64,000 nt of DNA, from the NCBI RefSeq assembly GCF_006345805.1, contig NC_043003.1, forward strand, positions 32,612,001 through 32,676,000, in the 5' to 3' direction. The translations under genes and the position numbers were made by a program. The notes below the pieces were generated by a model that had not been told where the DNA came from, searched no databases, and saw only the letters and a list, made by a program, of their open reading frames with translations. Below are positions 38,430 through 52,094 of the stretch, piece by piece. Each line of letters opens with the position of its first letter. Position 1 is the first letter of the stretch. This stretch comes from Octopus sinensis. Lineage: Eukaryota.

Positions 38430-39541
38430 AGACCATCAGTACACAGTTATTTTGTGAGATCAGATAAATTATTTGTCCTGTAATGGAAGTTGGAATTCGT
38501 TCAAAGAGAGAGTCTATGAGGTTTGTGGTGACATTGTTGGCTTTGTTGTGAAAATGCACTAGGATTGGGTTGACGATAATGATAACGAAATTGATCTTAT
38601 CTTAGAGGAGAAGCGAAATGCTGACTTTTCAACAAACAGAACAGCAGCTACACATTTTAAGGCAGTAAAAGCAACAGTGCCAAGAAAGCTGAAGATGATG
38701 CAGGAAGTGATAGATGCGGAGAAATCCAGGAAGTTTCAAATGCTTAATGTTCAAAACTTCTTTGCACTTCATCAACGGTTGCTCTACTTCGTGGCAAAGA
38801 CGGTACAGAATTATTAACAAACCCTAAAGATATTGTTGGGAGATAGAAAGAGTACCTTGGTGAGTTGCCCAATAGACCCACCAAATTTGATCTCTCGGTT
38901 CTTGATATAATATCTGAAAGACCAACAAAATGTCTTTTAGCGGAGGTTCCGAACCTGGCTGAAATAAAAGCGGCTATCAGGAAATTGAACAATGAAAAGG
39001 CCCCTGATATGGATAGATTAGATGCAGAGATGTACAAATAAGGTGGTGAACATCTCTGTATAATATTGACAGATGTGATGCAGGGGGGTTGGCATAGTTC
39101 CTCAGGATTGGCGTGATGCGATTATGGAGATACTACATAAATCGAAAGGCGGAAAGGATGTCTGCGATAATTTTCGTGGCATCTGTCTGTTAACTGTGAC
39201 TGCAAATTTCTTTTGTAAGGTAATCCTGAATAGATTGCTTCTGCACATTACAGATGAGATTCTACCAGAGTCACAATGTGGAGTACTATGGATATATTTT
39301 CCGCTAGACATTTACAAGAGAAATGCATCGAGCAGGATATGGACTTATACCAAGTTTTATAGATTTGACGAAGTATTTGATTCTGTAAATAGAGTTGCCT
39401 TTGCGAAATCCTGAAAAATTTGTGAGAATGCTAAGGCAATTTCATGACGAGATGCAGGTGCGAGTTAATGTTAGAGGTACCTTGTCAGATCCAATTTCTA
39501 TAGAAAATGGTGTAAAATAGGGGGATATTCCTGCTCCTACA

Positions 39542-39543
<2 letters not shown>
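38430..39543 (+). mobile_element. RTE-clade LINE, upstream half (to RT motif 4), opposite in orientation to 36125-37182
   Basis: DWVDDNDNEI, PNLAEIKAAIRKLNNEKAPDMD, PQDWRDA, CDNFRGICLL, LPESQCG, LQEKCIEQ, FDSVNR, ENGVK*GDIPAPTL. Confidence 0.9.
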
Positions 39544-39890
<347 letters not shown>

Positions 39891-40026
39891 AAAATATATA
39901 GACATCTGCAAGGAATATGTAGACCTCCAAAAGGAGTATCTAAACTGCAAAAAGTAGTATCTACAACTCCAAAAGTAATATATAAACCTATAAAAGGATT
40001 ACAATTTTCACACACACTCTCTCTCC

Positions 40027-40127
<101 letters not shown>

Positions 40128-40924
40128 TATCCGAAGTGTACGGTATCGTATGTCCATTACGGTCGGTCTTACCAATCGGTTTGGCGGAGCGTTAGGTAAC
40201 AATCTCATTATGTAACCCTGCGCTTATCAGAGGTAGCCGATAAGGAATGAGATATGGCGACTGCTCTATTTTCCTGGGGGTGAATAGACACTTCCGGTTT
40301 GCATATGCTGTGTAAAATATGAGGGAACGAAACGAGTAGGAGATTGAGTTATGAGCAATGTTCCTTGGTACCAAATCATCGCCACTTGGGTGATTATGTT
40401 GCAAAAGGATAAGAATTTTCTGGAAAAGTTTGGGAGAAATGTGTGTGTCCTTAAGGTTGATGATATATTGGGAAAATAGAATTTCTGTAGTGGTACAATA
40501 TGTATGACCTTTGCAGGGTGTGTGCCAATTTCAGAGTGAGTGAGGGAGTACTAAAAATAATATATAGACTTTCAAAAGTTACGTATGATCGCCAAATTGA
40601 GGGGAAAATAAAAAAGAACGCATGAAATTTGAACACAAATTAAAATGTCATCTTCTCGGAGGTTTAATAATAAATTTGTCTCTCTAGAAGACACAGATCC
40701 TATTTTCTGGCACTGAAGGGTGATCATTCGGATGAAGTGGCCCTCTAGCGTTAATTACCTGCATTTATTTTAGTGAGGTCTTGAAGCGATCAAAGAGCGT
40801 AATATGTTGCTTGAATACATAATCTTAATAGTTAACTGATATCTGATTTCCACATACTGCTCATGCAATCGTATTCACTGTCCTGGCCACTTCCTGACTT
40901 CAGGGAGACGATGATGCCCATTAT

Positions 40925-41713
40925 TATGGTGATGGTAGCGGTGGTGGTGTTTGTTGGAGATTATGAGTAGGAACAAAATGGTGGAGGAAGAAGAGGGCGG
41001 TGATGGGGAAGGGGAATTGAGGGGGGAGGAACAGGAGGAGGAGGAAGGAGGAGGAGAAGAAGAAGAAGAAGAAGAAGAAAGAAGAAGAAGAAGAAGAAGA
41101 AGAAAAGGTAGAGGAGAAGGAGGAGGAGGAGGAACCAGAAGAAGAAAAAGAAGAAGAAGGAAAAGAAGAGATGGTGATGGAGAAGGTGGGGAAAGGGAAG
41201 GAAGGGGAGGAAGAAGTGGTTGAGGAGGATGAGGAGGAAGAAGATGAAGATGAAGGTAAGAAGAAGATGAAGATGAAGGTAAGAAGAAGATAAAGATGAA
41301 GGTAAGAAGAAGATGAAGATGAAGGTAAGAAGAAGATGAAGATGAAGGTAAGAAGAAGATGAAGATGAAGGTAAGAAGAAGAGGAAGAGGACGTAGTGAA
41401 GGAGGAAGAAGAAGAGAAGGAGAAAGTGGAGGAAAACGGGGAGGATAAAAGTATTCGTGGTAATGTTGTTGGTGCTGATGGCGATGGTGTTGTTGGTGTT
41501 GGAGAAATGGTAGGCGTAGTGTTGCGTATGCAACGGTATCGGCGGTGGTGGTGGTGATGATGGCAGTGGTGGCGATGGTGGATGGTGGCGGTGGTGGTGG
41601 TAGTGGTGATGGTGATGTTGTTGGCGCCCTTAATGCTGGTGTGTAATTTTGGGTTTGGTGGTTCTAGTGATGTTAGCATGCGGAATGCTACTGGTAGCGG
41701 CAATGGTATAGTG

Positions 41714-41756
<43 letters not shown>

Positions 41757-41800
41757 AGGCGGTGTTGGTGGTGGTGGTGGTGGCGGTGGTGGTAGATAGT
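40925..41800. repeat. Purine-rich low-complexity tract (GAA/GGA/GGT/GTA) with a 23-bp tandem array
   Basis: Six copies of GAAGATGAAGATGAAGGTAAGAA at ~41238-41378. Confidence 0.92.
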
Positions 41801-42219
41801 GGGGAGAATTAATGTGTGATAAGTGTCGGTGTCGAGTTTTATGACGATGACGAGTTTCGTGTATTTACAAGGAAATATCGATCAATAAAAATAAGAAGAC
41901 AGTCTCGCTAGCTAATTGCTTACCACTAAGATATAAATAGAGGTAATTTGATAATTGCATTATCTCACTGACTTATATTGTCTGTACACCAAATCTTGTT
42001 TCCAAGATTCAACGAAATAGACGTCATATATTACAAACTCAACGTCTGATTTCACTAATTAACCTCCATTTCCTTCACTTCTTTGCTTTCTTGCTTTATT
42101 CATATTTCTGAAGAGGGTTGTGTTGATGCTTGTGTTGGTTGTCGATGCTGTTGTTGTTTTCTTTTAATTTTTTTCTGCAAATGACTCATGTTTTGCTTAA
42201 ATATATATAATTTTGTTTC

Positions 42220-42249
<30 letters not shown>

Positions 42250-42250
<1 letters not shown>

Positions 42251-43072
42251 AGTTGAAATACCCGACGTTGCCCGAGTTACTGATTCAGGGAATTAACAGT
42301 AACATAGCAAAGCTCATAATCTAACTTATAGTAAATCTTTTCGAAAACAATCACTCAGCGAAATTTGGAACTAAGAACAGTTTGTAGACTTACAGGATCC
42401 CTATTGATCGTTTTTTTTTTACGATCCCTTTTGATCGAAAACCTACCCCCCCCCTTTTTTTGTTCTCCCCAAAAAGAAAAGCTCTACTTTGTAATGTGTT
42501 CCTTCTGTGTTCAGCACTGTATGACTATTAAAGAAACGTATTTTTGTATTTTAAGAATATATTTTTGTTTGATGTCCAAATTCCAAACATCTGTAAGTTA
42601 ATTCTGTAAAAATTTGTACAGAAATTCAAATCCTTTGAATCCCTTTACAGTTTCTGCTTGAACGTAATTCTTACCCAAACTCAAAATTGTAATCCTAAGT
42701 ACTAGCATGAAACCCTAACGTTAAATGCTAACCCTCAGTAGGGTGAACGAGAGGGAGAAAGACAGAGAGAGCAGAGCGAAAAGAGCGTGATATGGAAGAT
42801 ACACAGGTAGAGGCAGAGAGAAAGGGAAGGATGAAAAAAAGAATGAGTTTAGCTTAATCACAGATATAGTTGTTGTAGGATTAAGTTACTTCCATCCATA
42901 TACTTCCATCCACATACTTCCATATGCGTATACATGTTAATAGAGCAAACCTTTGATCTAAATCACCCCTTTTCTTAAATGTGACACGTATGGCACACAC
43001 ACATACACACAGACAGATACGCACGCACACACACACACACACACACAAACAGAAACACTATTTTCATTAGTT
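42250..43072 (-). mobile_element. Non-autonomous Helitron-like element
   Basis: The minus-strand 3' end CTCGGGCAACGTCGGGTATTTCAACTA resembles the Helitron terminal hairpin plus CTRR. A microsatellite lies near the presumed 5' end. Confidence 0.55.
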
Positions 43073-43760
43073 ATCGTCTGTCTGGTACGATTTGGTTTTG
43101 TAAACTTATTGAAAGCACGCGTGTGTATCCCTGAATGACAGCTGTATTAACGTTATCATCTCACTGCCACTCCATATTTGTCGCTTACACAATTCCGTCA
43201 GCCCTTCTCTGATTTCAGTCACTCTCCCTATACCACCTCATTTCCTTCATACTAACACTCTTGCACCCTTCTCATTTTATCCAAAAATAGTCTACCCCAC
43301 CATTACAAGACCGGACTCTTGTTACTTCCGAATTCACGGTACCATTCCGTCTTCTTTATGTTCCCAAATTCACACAATTTTCGCAGTCAGTTCAAAACAA
43401 TCCGCTGTTCGCATTAACCGCCGAAACTAAATTCACACTCTAAACCAAATAATGTGTCAACTGTTCCATACGAAACTTCCCGGCACCATCGCTCACATTA
43501 ACTGCATGGCATCGACTACTATATAAAACCGTTTACATCAGCTTCCAGCACATCAAACATCAATGTCGCACGTCGTCTTCTAGTCCGAACTTCGAACCAC
43601 CTGTTCACATTAGCTTCCAGCGCGAACTAACTCACCACGTAGGCAAATAGTCTTTATACTTCGCCCTGACCGTAAAGGCGTGCCAATATCATACACCCTA
43701 CGCTTTAAACAGTCAGGTGACCAAAAAGACTAATTTTTCGTTTGTAGCAATATATATACA

Positions 43761-43929
43761 TGTGGCTGTGTAGTAAGTAGCTTGCTTACCAACCACATTG
43801 TTCCGGATTCAGTACCACTGCGTGGCACCTTGGGCTAGTGTCTTCTACTATAGCCTCCAGCTGACCAAAGCCTTGTGAGTGGCTTCGGTAGACTGAAACT
43901 GAAAGAAGTCCGTCGTATGTGTGTGTGTA

Positions 43930-43960
<31 letters not shown>

Positions 43961-44005
43961 GTGTTTGTCCTCGACCATCGCTTGACAACCGATGTTAGTG
44001 TGTTT
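43761..44005 (+). mobile_element. SINE family B copy (3'-truncated)
   Basis: GTGGCTGTGTAGTAAGTAGCTTGCTTACCAACCAC...GGCACCTTGGGCTAGTGTCTT. Confidence 0.85.
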
Positions 44006-44447
44006 TTTAAATGGATGTTTTACAAATAATTATATACCCTGGGGTATTTAGGCTCTGTCCTTCTTTATAAGCTATGTTTCATTTAAGTTTTTTTTTCTTC
44101 TATTTTATAATAAGATGATTTTATACCGAAATTTGTTCATTGCATGCAACCTGTCAAATTACTGAAACAAGTAAAATATAAAAGATATATACATAGTAAA
44201 CTGTCTTGACTTCTGAAGTACAAAGAAAGATAGATAACGTGATGTTGTGATGGGGAGGTGAAGAAATTCGCTTCGAAACTTGATGGTTTCGAGTTTGATG
44301 CCTCTGCGCGCCACCTAGGTATGTATTTTCTACTAGAGCCAGCCCTGGTGTAAACACGTCTGACAAAGCCCATTTCTAGTTTCCTTCCGCTTATCTGAGG
44401 TTGATTTCATATTGCACCACTAGGGTTAGCCTGAACTTAGTTTCATT

Positions 44448-44480
<33 letters not shown>

Positions 44481-46134
44481 AGATGTAGTTGCTGTTTCTG
44501 CTGCTGTTTTCCACTGCTGCTTGCCGCTGCGCTGCTGCTACTCACTAATTATGCCAAGCATAAATTGTTAAAAATAAATGTCTTGAGGGCTATGATGAAA
44601 TTACCTCCTAGCAACCATCCAGAGGTACATTCAAATCGATTTCATTAAACGTCCTTGCACTCTGGGCACGCTTTCAAGTTACTGGGAAATAAGGTGGGGT
44701 TTTTGTGGGGATGGGCTGGAAATTGCTACACCATATCACGCGAAGCCTTTTGATTAAAATTTATTTAATGGAAGTTATATAAAAGACCGTTCGATTAATG
44801 AAGGCCATTCTTGTTCATGGATGTTAGACTTAATCTGTTGTTCTGTTGGTCAGAATTACCAGGAAGTTGGATGTCTATAGTACAGCCCCTTGAGTGCAAA
44901 CATTCTGACCTGTTTTTCAATTGAGGCGTAATTTCTTCCAGTTCTCTGATCAGTCACAGAGTTCTTGAAAAACATCATGGCCATTGTCTTTTCTCCTATG
45001 ACGAGATCGTTAAAATGAAAAAAATTAAAAAAACAATGAAGGAATATTCTGAAGAAGTTATATAATTGCTGAATGAATTCCCAGCGTGCGCTAATCATCT
45101 GTTCATTTGCTAAATCATAGTCTTCGACCGACATCTGAACCGAAATTACTACTTCTCTACTATCGAGGATCTAAAGATAGCTGAAGCTATCCAATAAAAC
45201 ATTTATAATTCAATTAGCTTCTTTTCTTAACTAATAAACAAGACGATTTATTGTAAGCTGTGTATCATTGCTGTCAAAAATTACGACCATTCGAATTTAT
45301 CGTTCTAGATTCCATTTCAGATTCTTTAGATGTCTTTTCTTTATAGCAGTAGCATTACTTTTTCATAATTTTCTCACACCATTTTAACTTAATGGATTTC
45401 AATACTTTAATGTACCCTTTTTCCTATCACTGATGGAAAATGTCCATGTTTACAGAAGACATTAAATACAATAAAGCTGATTTCTTTTTCTTTTTTAGTA
45501 ATTTTCTCAAATATGGGTTTAGCAGTATTTTTCTTATTTAGTTTTTAAATATGTTGAAAACATTTTCTCTTTAAAAGACTAAATCATCGCATTTCTTTGT
45601 GTTCGGAGTTTACACACGTACAACAATCAAACGACGCAAATATTGAAATCGGATAATATTATTGATTTTCATAGAGTTGTAAAGTTGTGAAGAAGTAGTA
45701 TTTGATCTTAGTACATAACTGATATTTAACTATTTATTTATTCACGTACTAGTACAGATAATAGAGTCAATTACGCAAGTTTTCAGTGATCAAAGATGAC
45801 CAAACCTTTCAGGTTATCAGCTTTACTAATTTAACAGATAGGATATAGAAGATTGCATCGACCTTGGCGTTTGACTGGTTCTTGATTTTACTGACATTGG
45901 AAAGATGGAAGGCGAAATCGATCTCGGCAGATTTTATACTCAGAACATAAAGGGATGTAACAAAATAACATAATATATTTTTATCTGATGCTCTACTGGT
46001 CATTCCAATGTCAATCCATTGCCTGTGCGTAGCTGAATATTTAACTAATTGTTCTTCAGTGAATTACGAAACGGAAATTTTGCTCTTGCTGCAATGGATA
46101 TCAGTTCTTCCATACATCATCTTGTAATGCACCT

Positions 46135-46525
46135 AGATAAATCAGTAGTGATATTTCCTGGGGGTGATTGGGTGTTTAAGGGTTCCGTCAACTTCAAACG
46201 CACTTCCATCAGGCGGCCCAGCCAGAGTTGATCAAGCCCCAGCTTGTATCTAGTTAGCACTACTCTTAGTTGCGCTGCCCCTTCCAGGGCTCATACCTCT
46301 TGATCGTCGGCCACCTTGAGGCAACCTCCGGTGCCTCCACAACTGAATTGATACCCGCATTTCTGTCCACTGGCCTCTGTAATGCTAAACTTGCTGCAAG
46401 CTCTGTCGATGGATTGGTCTGCAAATCCTCCACACACCAAGCCCTTAAATTATCTTTTGCTTGTCACCCTTTACTTTGGCATATTTCCTCCTCTTGCTTT
46501 CGTCAGCCTCCTCGATGCAAAGTGA
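46135..46525 (-). mobile_element. HERO/NeSL-like non-LTR element 3' end (REL C-terminus plus 3' UTR)
   Basis: Frameshifted CIEEADESKRRKYA...GGFADQS...EAPEVASRWPTIKRYEPW, then GGGCTTGATCAACTCTGGCTGGGCCGCCTG...AAACACCCAATCACCCCCAGG. The family assignment is from recall of HERO 3' ends. Confidence 0.6.
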
Positions 46526-47839
46526 AGACTGAGATATAAGAATATACTGAAGAGCAATTATATCAATGATCTTTTATATCGACCCACAGTCGATATAAAA
46601 ATGTTCAACACTACTTAGTTTCTTCTTAACATAAGGAAATAACATAATTGGTATAATTCTGAATTAATCTGTTTGCTCTATGTGTTAAATGAAAATTTCA
46701 CTTATTTGATTTTTGCTTTCGAAATCAGTGACCAAACAGGAAATATTCTTACTTAAATTTCTTGTACTATAATCCATCTCAACAATAACTGGTCGTTATA
46801 CGTTGTAATATGTGAGTTTTTTGCCCGCCCTCTAAAATCAAGTTCACTACTGAGCTTCAATTTTTAATTGATGCAATCCTGCTTCTGTTATACTGCAAAT
46901 GCTTTTTGAAATTGCATATATGACCATAGTAAAAAAAGAGAAAAATTAAAAACAAAAACACATCGTGCCAAAAAGTGGGTTTGTTGCAGTTGGAATGTAT
47001 TTATATATGGGTTTGCGTAATTCGGTCAAACATGAAGCTAAATTTTAATACAAATTGTAATTGTCGTTGGTACACTCCAAATCAGATATGATCATGCAGG
47101 CCCATGACCAAGACGTTTCATCCATGGTCACCCTACTTTATTTTCAGACAAGCTATCAAGAGCTACGTTATCCAATGTGGTCGGTTAAAAGTTGGTTAGG
47201 TAATTGACGTTTCAGGGGAACTTTACTGTTATTTTTAGCAGGTCAAGAGACCGCTTGAATATCAATTATATTTCTAAAAACCATTTATGATTCAATACAA
47301 ATAAAACTGTTTGTAATCTATGTGATGGAGGTGGCGACCACAGTAACGGCTATTGCTGTTATTTGGCCCTAAATCAATCCTGATTGAACAGCCCAAAATT
47401 CACAGGTATTCTAGCCGTGACTCTCCTGTCAGTTATGAGTATATTTACATTTATTATTACGACTACTTAAATATTTCTTATTCGATATGGAAAAAAATCG
47501 TCCAAAAGATGTTTTACCTCTGTTTCTTGCAGGTCGAGCGACAACACAGAAGTACCTTCGTTGTTGTGTATCAACGATATAGTGGTCGTGAGCATAGTGC
47601 ATGTTTTTCTGTTCAGAAAACCCAGACTTACGATATACAGTGTCTTTTTTCCAAGAAAGTTAGCTATACTTTCAGGGAGACTTGGCTGCTATTTCTAGCA
47701 GATCACGTGATAACACAGGATTTCGCCACTACCACCCTGCTAGCCCACAAGTATGCGGTCTGTGTTGCAAGTGGTTACAGAAGTATCCGCGACATGTTGA
47801 ATATCATATTAAATCCTTATCTTCATATACAATGTATCG

Positions 47840-48041
47840 GTTTCAAATTTTGGCACAAGGCCAGGGTAGGGATTAAGTCGATTTCTTCGACTCCAATGCT
47901 CAACTGGTATTTATTTTATCGACCCCAAAAGAATAAAGTTAAAGTCGACCTCGGATGAATTTGAACTCAAAACGTGAAGACAGACGAAGTGCCGCGAAGC
48001 ATTTTGCCCGGCGTGCTAACGATTCTGCCAGCTCGCCGCCT
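47840..48041 (-). mobile_element. SINE family A copy
   Basis: Reverse complement of the GGCGGCGAGCTGGCAGAATCGTTAGCACGCCGGGC head and body. Confidence 0.85.
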
Positions 48042-48569
48042 TATTCATATATCGAGAGCATATAAACATGGTGGAGCTAGTTCTCCTTCACGATGATGTT
48101 GTTGTTTTGGTTTAGCCCTAGGTCGATCCAGTTAGAGTAAACCAACGAACAAAACCTATGGCCATCCCGTATTTTATCCCCATGCGTCATGTATCTAACA
48201 CTACATGACCCAATACAGTATTAGATATATTTTTCAACGTCGTACACAAGATGACAGTTTAAGGGAAGTCTAGCAAGCAAACTGAGTCATGTAGATGTTT
48301 CTTTATTATCTTATTCCTCTTTAACTTACTACTGAGAGCAAACAACTTTTTTATGATCAAAACAAAAGTAAGGTTTATAAGGCCTTCGAATATTTAGTAT
48401 CTTGATCAGTAGTTACATAGCGCGTAGCACCAGTAAAGATACACGAGCCGCCAGTTTATTGGCTAGTAAGTCGACACATCGTTTCAGTGGCACGAAATTC
48501 TAATATCTGAAAGAAACAAATATAGAAACATAAGTACATTTAAATGCGCATAAACACACATATTCATGC

Positions 48570-48658
<89 letters not shown>

Positions 48659-49714
48659 TACACAAAAAATTCGCACTCCCACGTCCGCAATCCCACGCAG
48701 TAAAGAATGGATCTAGCTTCAGCAAAAAGCTATAACTTTAAAATAATTATCTTTCAAATATGTAGATGACAGTTAAGAAAGTGAATCCCAGAAGGGAACT
48801 AAAAAAGCCATTTTAATCAGCTTCACAAAAGAATTTACAAAACGAGCTGCATTTAAGAAAAACTCTTTACTTAAACAGAATTTTATACTTGTGAAAAAAT
48901 AACAACGGAAGCACAATAGAATCAAACATAAGAATCAATTGTTTAAAATTATAATTACCAAGAAACTTTGAGTCTTTAGAATAATTTCTATTTACAAGAA
49001 TTTCTTCTGCCTGCTTTCCAATTAAAATATGTTTTATCACCTACATAGTTTAAAACGATTCAAATCATGTTAAGAATGCTGCCGCCAACTTCTAGACTTC
49101 TCTTTCATCAAACGAATGCCAGCAAGAATGTTGAAAAGTCTAAAAGAAAGAAAACAAATTCGACGTTATTTCAAAGAATGTCTGGTTGTGATATTTGCCG
49201 AAAGCGACCATTAAAATATAAAACTATTAATAAAATAAAGCTATATGTAAAAGTTATAATAATGGTTTTCTTTGTAATAGATACAGACATATCATGGGCA
49301 AATTCACTGAGTGGGTTGAGCGTCGGATTGATTGCCTAACGGAATTCGTTCCGGCTCTCACGGCTCTGAATTCAAATACCGTTCAGGTCACCTTTGCCTT
49401 TCATACTTTCGTGGCCGATAAATAAAAAGTATTGTACTTGAGATCAATTCTTCTATTTCACTTTCTGTTTTTTCTTTCTTTTTCTATCTGTCTCTTTCAA
49501 GCTTTGATAGAAATTAGCTAAGGTCAGATCTAAAGAATCCAGAATTTAAAAGTGAAGTGCCTTGACCTTATACCCAATCTGGTATTAGTAAAAATTCCGT
49601 GAACCGATGACTACCAGGGATATACTTGTGCCAAATCAGTGGACTATTTATTTTCCTTTCTGATTAACAAAACACTCGGTATCAATGCAAAAAGGATATT
49701 GATATTAATATTTA

Positions 49715-50320
49715 TGAGATCCCGCTGAGGTCGTCTTTACCGTTCATCCTTTCGAGATTGATAAAATAAGTACCTGCTGAATACTGAGATCGATGTAATC
49801 GACTATCCACCACACTCGAAATTGCTGACCTTGAGCCAAACTTTGGAACCAACATTAACATTTGTGAAAGCAGCGAGCTGGCAGAATCGTTAGCACGCTG
49901 GAATAGATTGAAAACGCTTAGCGGGATAGATTGAAAATTCTTAGCGGTATTTCGTCCGTCTTCACGTTCTGATTTCAAATTCCGTCGAGGACCACTTTGC
50001 CTTTCCTTCATTTCGGGGTCAATAAAATAAATGTCTGTTGAGCACCGGGATCAATGTAATCGATTTACCCTCTCCCCCAAAATTTGAAATGAATATTATA
50101 GAGCGATGAAGGCGACGAGCGGGTAGAATCGTTTGCATGCCGGGCAAAATGCTTAGCGGCATTTCGTCTGTCCTTACATTCTGAGTTCAAATTCCGCCGA
50201 GGTCTTTGCATTTTATCCTTTCATCCTTTTGGGGACGATAGAACAAGAACCAGTTGAGCACAAGAGATGATTTAATCGATGAGCCCCTTCCCTCAAAATT
50301 GTTGCCGAAAACTGAAAACA
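49715..50320 (+). mobile_element. Cluster of three SINE family A copies
   Basis: A partial body at ~49715-49850 and heads at ~49870 and 50111. Confidence 0.8.
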
Positions 50321-50658
50321 ATATTTACCAAGCCCTTAAATAATTTAGGGGAACATAGCTGACAGGTTCCACCATTATTTGACTCAGAAATTTAATATAT
50401 TGGTTATTTTTTTGGAAACTGTGTTGTGTTTTCTGAAATTTTGATGATGAGACACTGGAACACGTGATCTCGAAACAAGATATATTTACATGCGTTGCCC
50501 ACCATGCATACACATGCACGCACGCATACACACACGTAGACACACACATCGCACGCACGCGCACACACGCACACACAGACACGCACACACACACACATAC
50601 ACACACACACACATGTATATTCTCTAATACTTTTACTATCTTCAGCTTCAGTCATTGG

Positions 50659-50708
50659 TCCCCCCACCTGTCACGCGGGAGACCGAGGTTCGATTCCCCA
50701 CCGGGAAG
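50659..50708 (+). pseudogene. 5'-truncated tRNA-Asp(GTC) pseudogene fragment
   Basis: TCCCCC.ACCTGTCACGCGGGAGACCGAGGTTCGATTCCCC..CGGGAAG matches the anticodon arm, T arm and 3' acceptor strand of metazoan tRNA-Asp. The 5' acceptor strand and D arm are absent. Confidence 0.8.
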
Positions 50709-50723
50709 GCGTTAACAATGTCT

Positions 50724-51125
50724 AGGTGTAGGAGTGACTGTGTGGTAAGAAGCTTGCTTCCCAACCACATGCTTCCAGGTTTAGTCCCAGTGCGTGGCAC
50801 TGTCTTCTACTATAGCCTTGGGTCGACCAAAGCCTTGTGAGTGGATTTGGTTGACGAAAACTGAAAGAAATATGTCGTATATATATGTGTGTGTGTGTGT
50901 ATTTATGTGCATTTGTGTCTGTAGTTGCCCCTCCACCACCACCAATGCTTGACAAGTGACATTGGTGTATTTACGCCCCCGTAACTTAGCAGTTCGACAA
51001 AATGAATCAATAGGGTAAGTACTAGGCTTACAAAGAATAAATCCTGGGGTCGATTTGTTCAACTAAAGAGGCAGTGCTCCTGCATGACCGCAATCAAATG
51101 ACTGAAACAAATAAAAGTATAAAAG
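50724..51125 (+). mobile_element. SINE family B copy
   Basis: Head-to-tail homology with 4170-4562. Confidence 0.85.
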
Positions 51126-52094
51126 AATACGCAGACAAATACATATGGCGCGTTACCAGTGTTTATTTCAATGTTATACTGTACTACGGAATATGTCAAT
51201 TGATTTTAAATAGAGAGAATACACCAAGAAACTTTTGATCAATGATCAAAGGCAGATGTAAATATTTATCTGTACATAGAATATCTTTGATATCAAAATA
51301 AGAGAGATCATCCTACCCACCTATAGCTATATTCTGTAGTAGAATCTATCACTGAAACAGAACACCTTTAATGCACCAGTGATTTATTAATCGAACTAAT
51401 TGCCATGGTTGCATTATACATGAAAATTAGTCTATCCAATTTACTACTAGCCTTTAATACTAATGTGTTTTTTTATAAGTAATTCCTCTGTTGATAGTTA
51501 AAGAGAGTTCTCAGCTACTGATGAAATCCTAACACAGAATTGAAATCAGTTTGAATTACTCGCTCTTTTTTTTTTCCACGAATGTATATTGTGTACTAAG
51601 GTGTTAACATCTGTCCATGTTTACAATATGGCTACAAATCCATAGCTATATTCTAGTACCATATATCATTGAAACTAAACATTGTTTGTGTACCAGTAAT
51701 ATATTCATAGACTACATATCAAAAAGGCATTATATAGTCAAATTGGCCTAAAGCACTTTATTTTTGTCACCAATATCAGTATATATTATAGGTGTATAAA
51801 CGGTATTAAACACTGATTGATTGAGGTACAAGCTTTAACTGAGATTATTAACTTTAAATCATAATCCTTCCGAAAGCATGTTTGCTTATCCAAAGGCATT
51901 ACAACACTCACTCGAAATAGATTCTCACCAAAAAAGCAGTCTCAGGGCCTAAATATTGAACAGTGACAAAGAAATACAGCTTCATTGTAGAAAGAAAATA
52001 GGAAGGACTTCCTTTGTGCTTGCAGAACTTTATTTCAAAGTTAATTACAATGTACAATATAATGCAAAAGCAGGTTAATATTTGTTTAATCTTA

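Noticed and set aside
47353-47958. 201-aa ORF with an apparent acceptor TTTCTTGCAG
   Set aside because: It is made of degenerate copies of a dispersed repeat (GCTATTTCTAGCAG-type, also ~47220, ~47690 and reversed ~30400) plus a SINE, so it is unlikely to be a gene.
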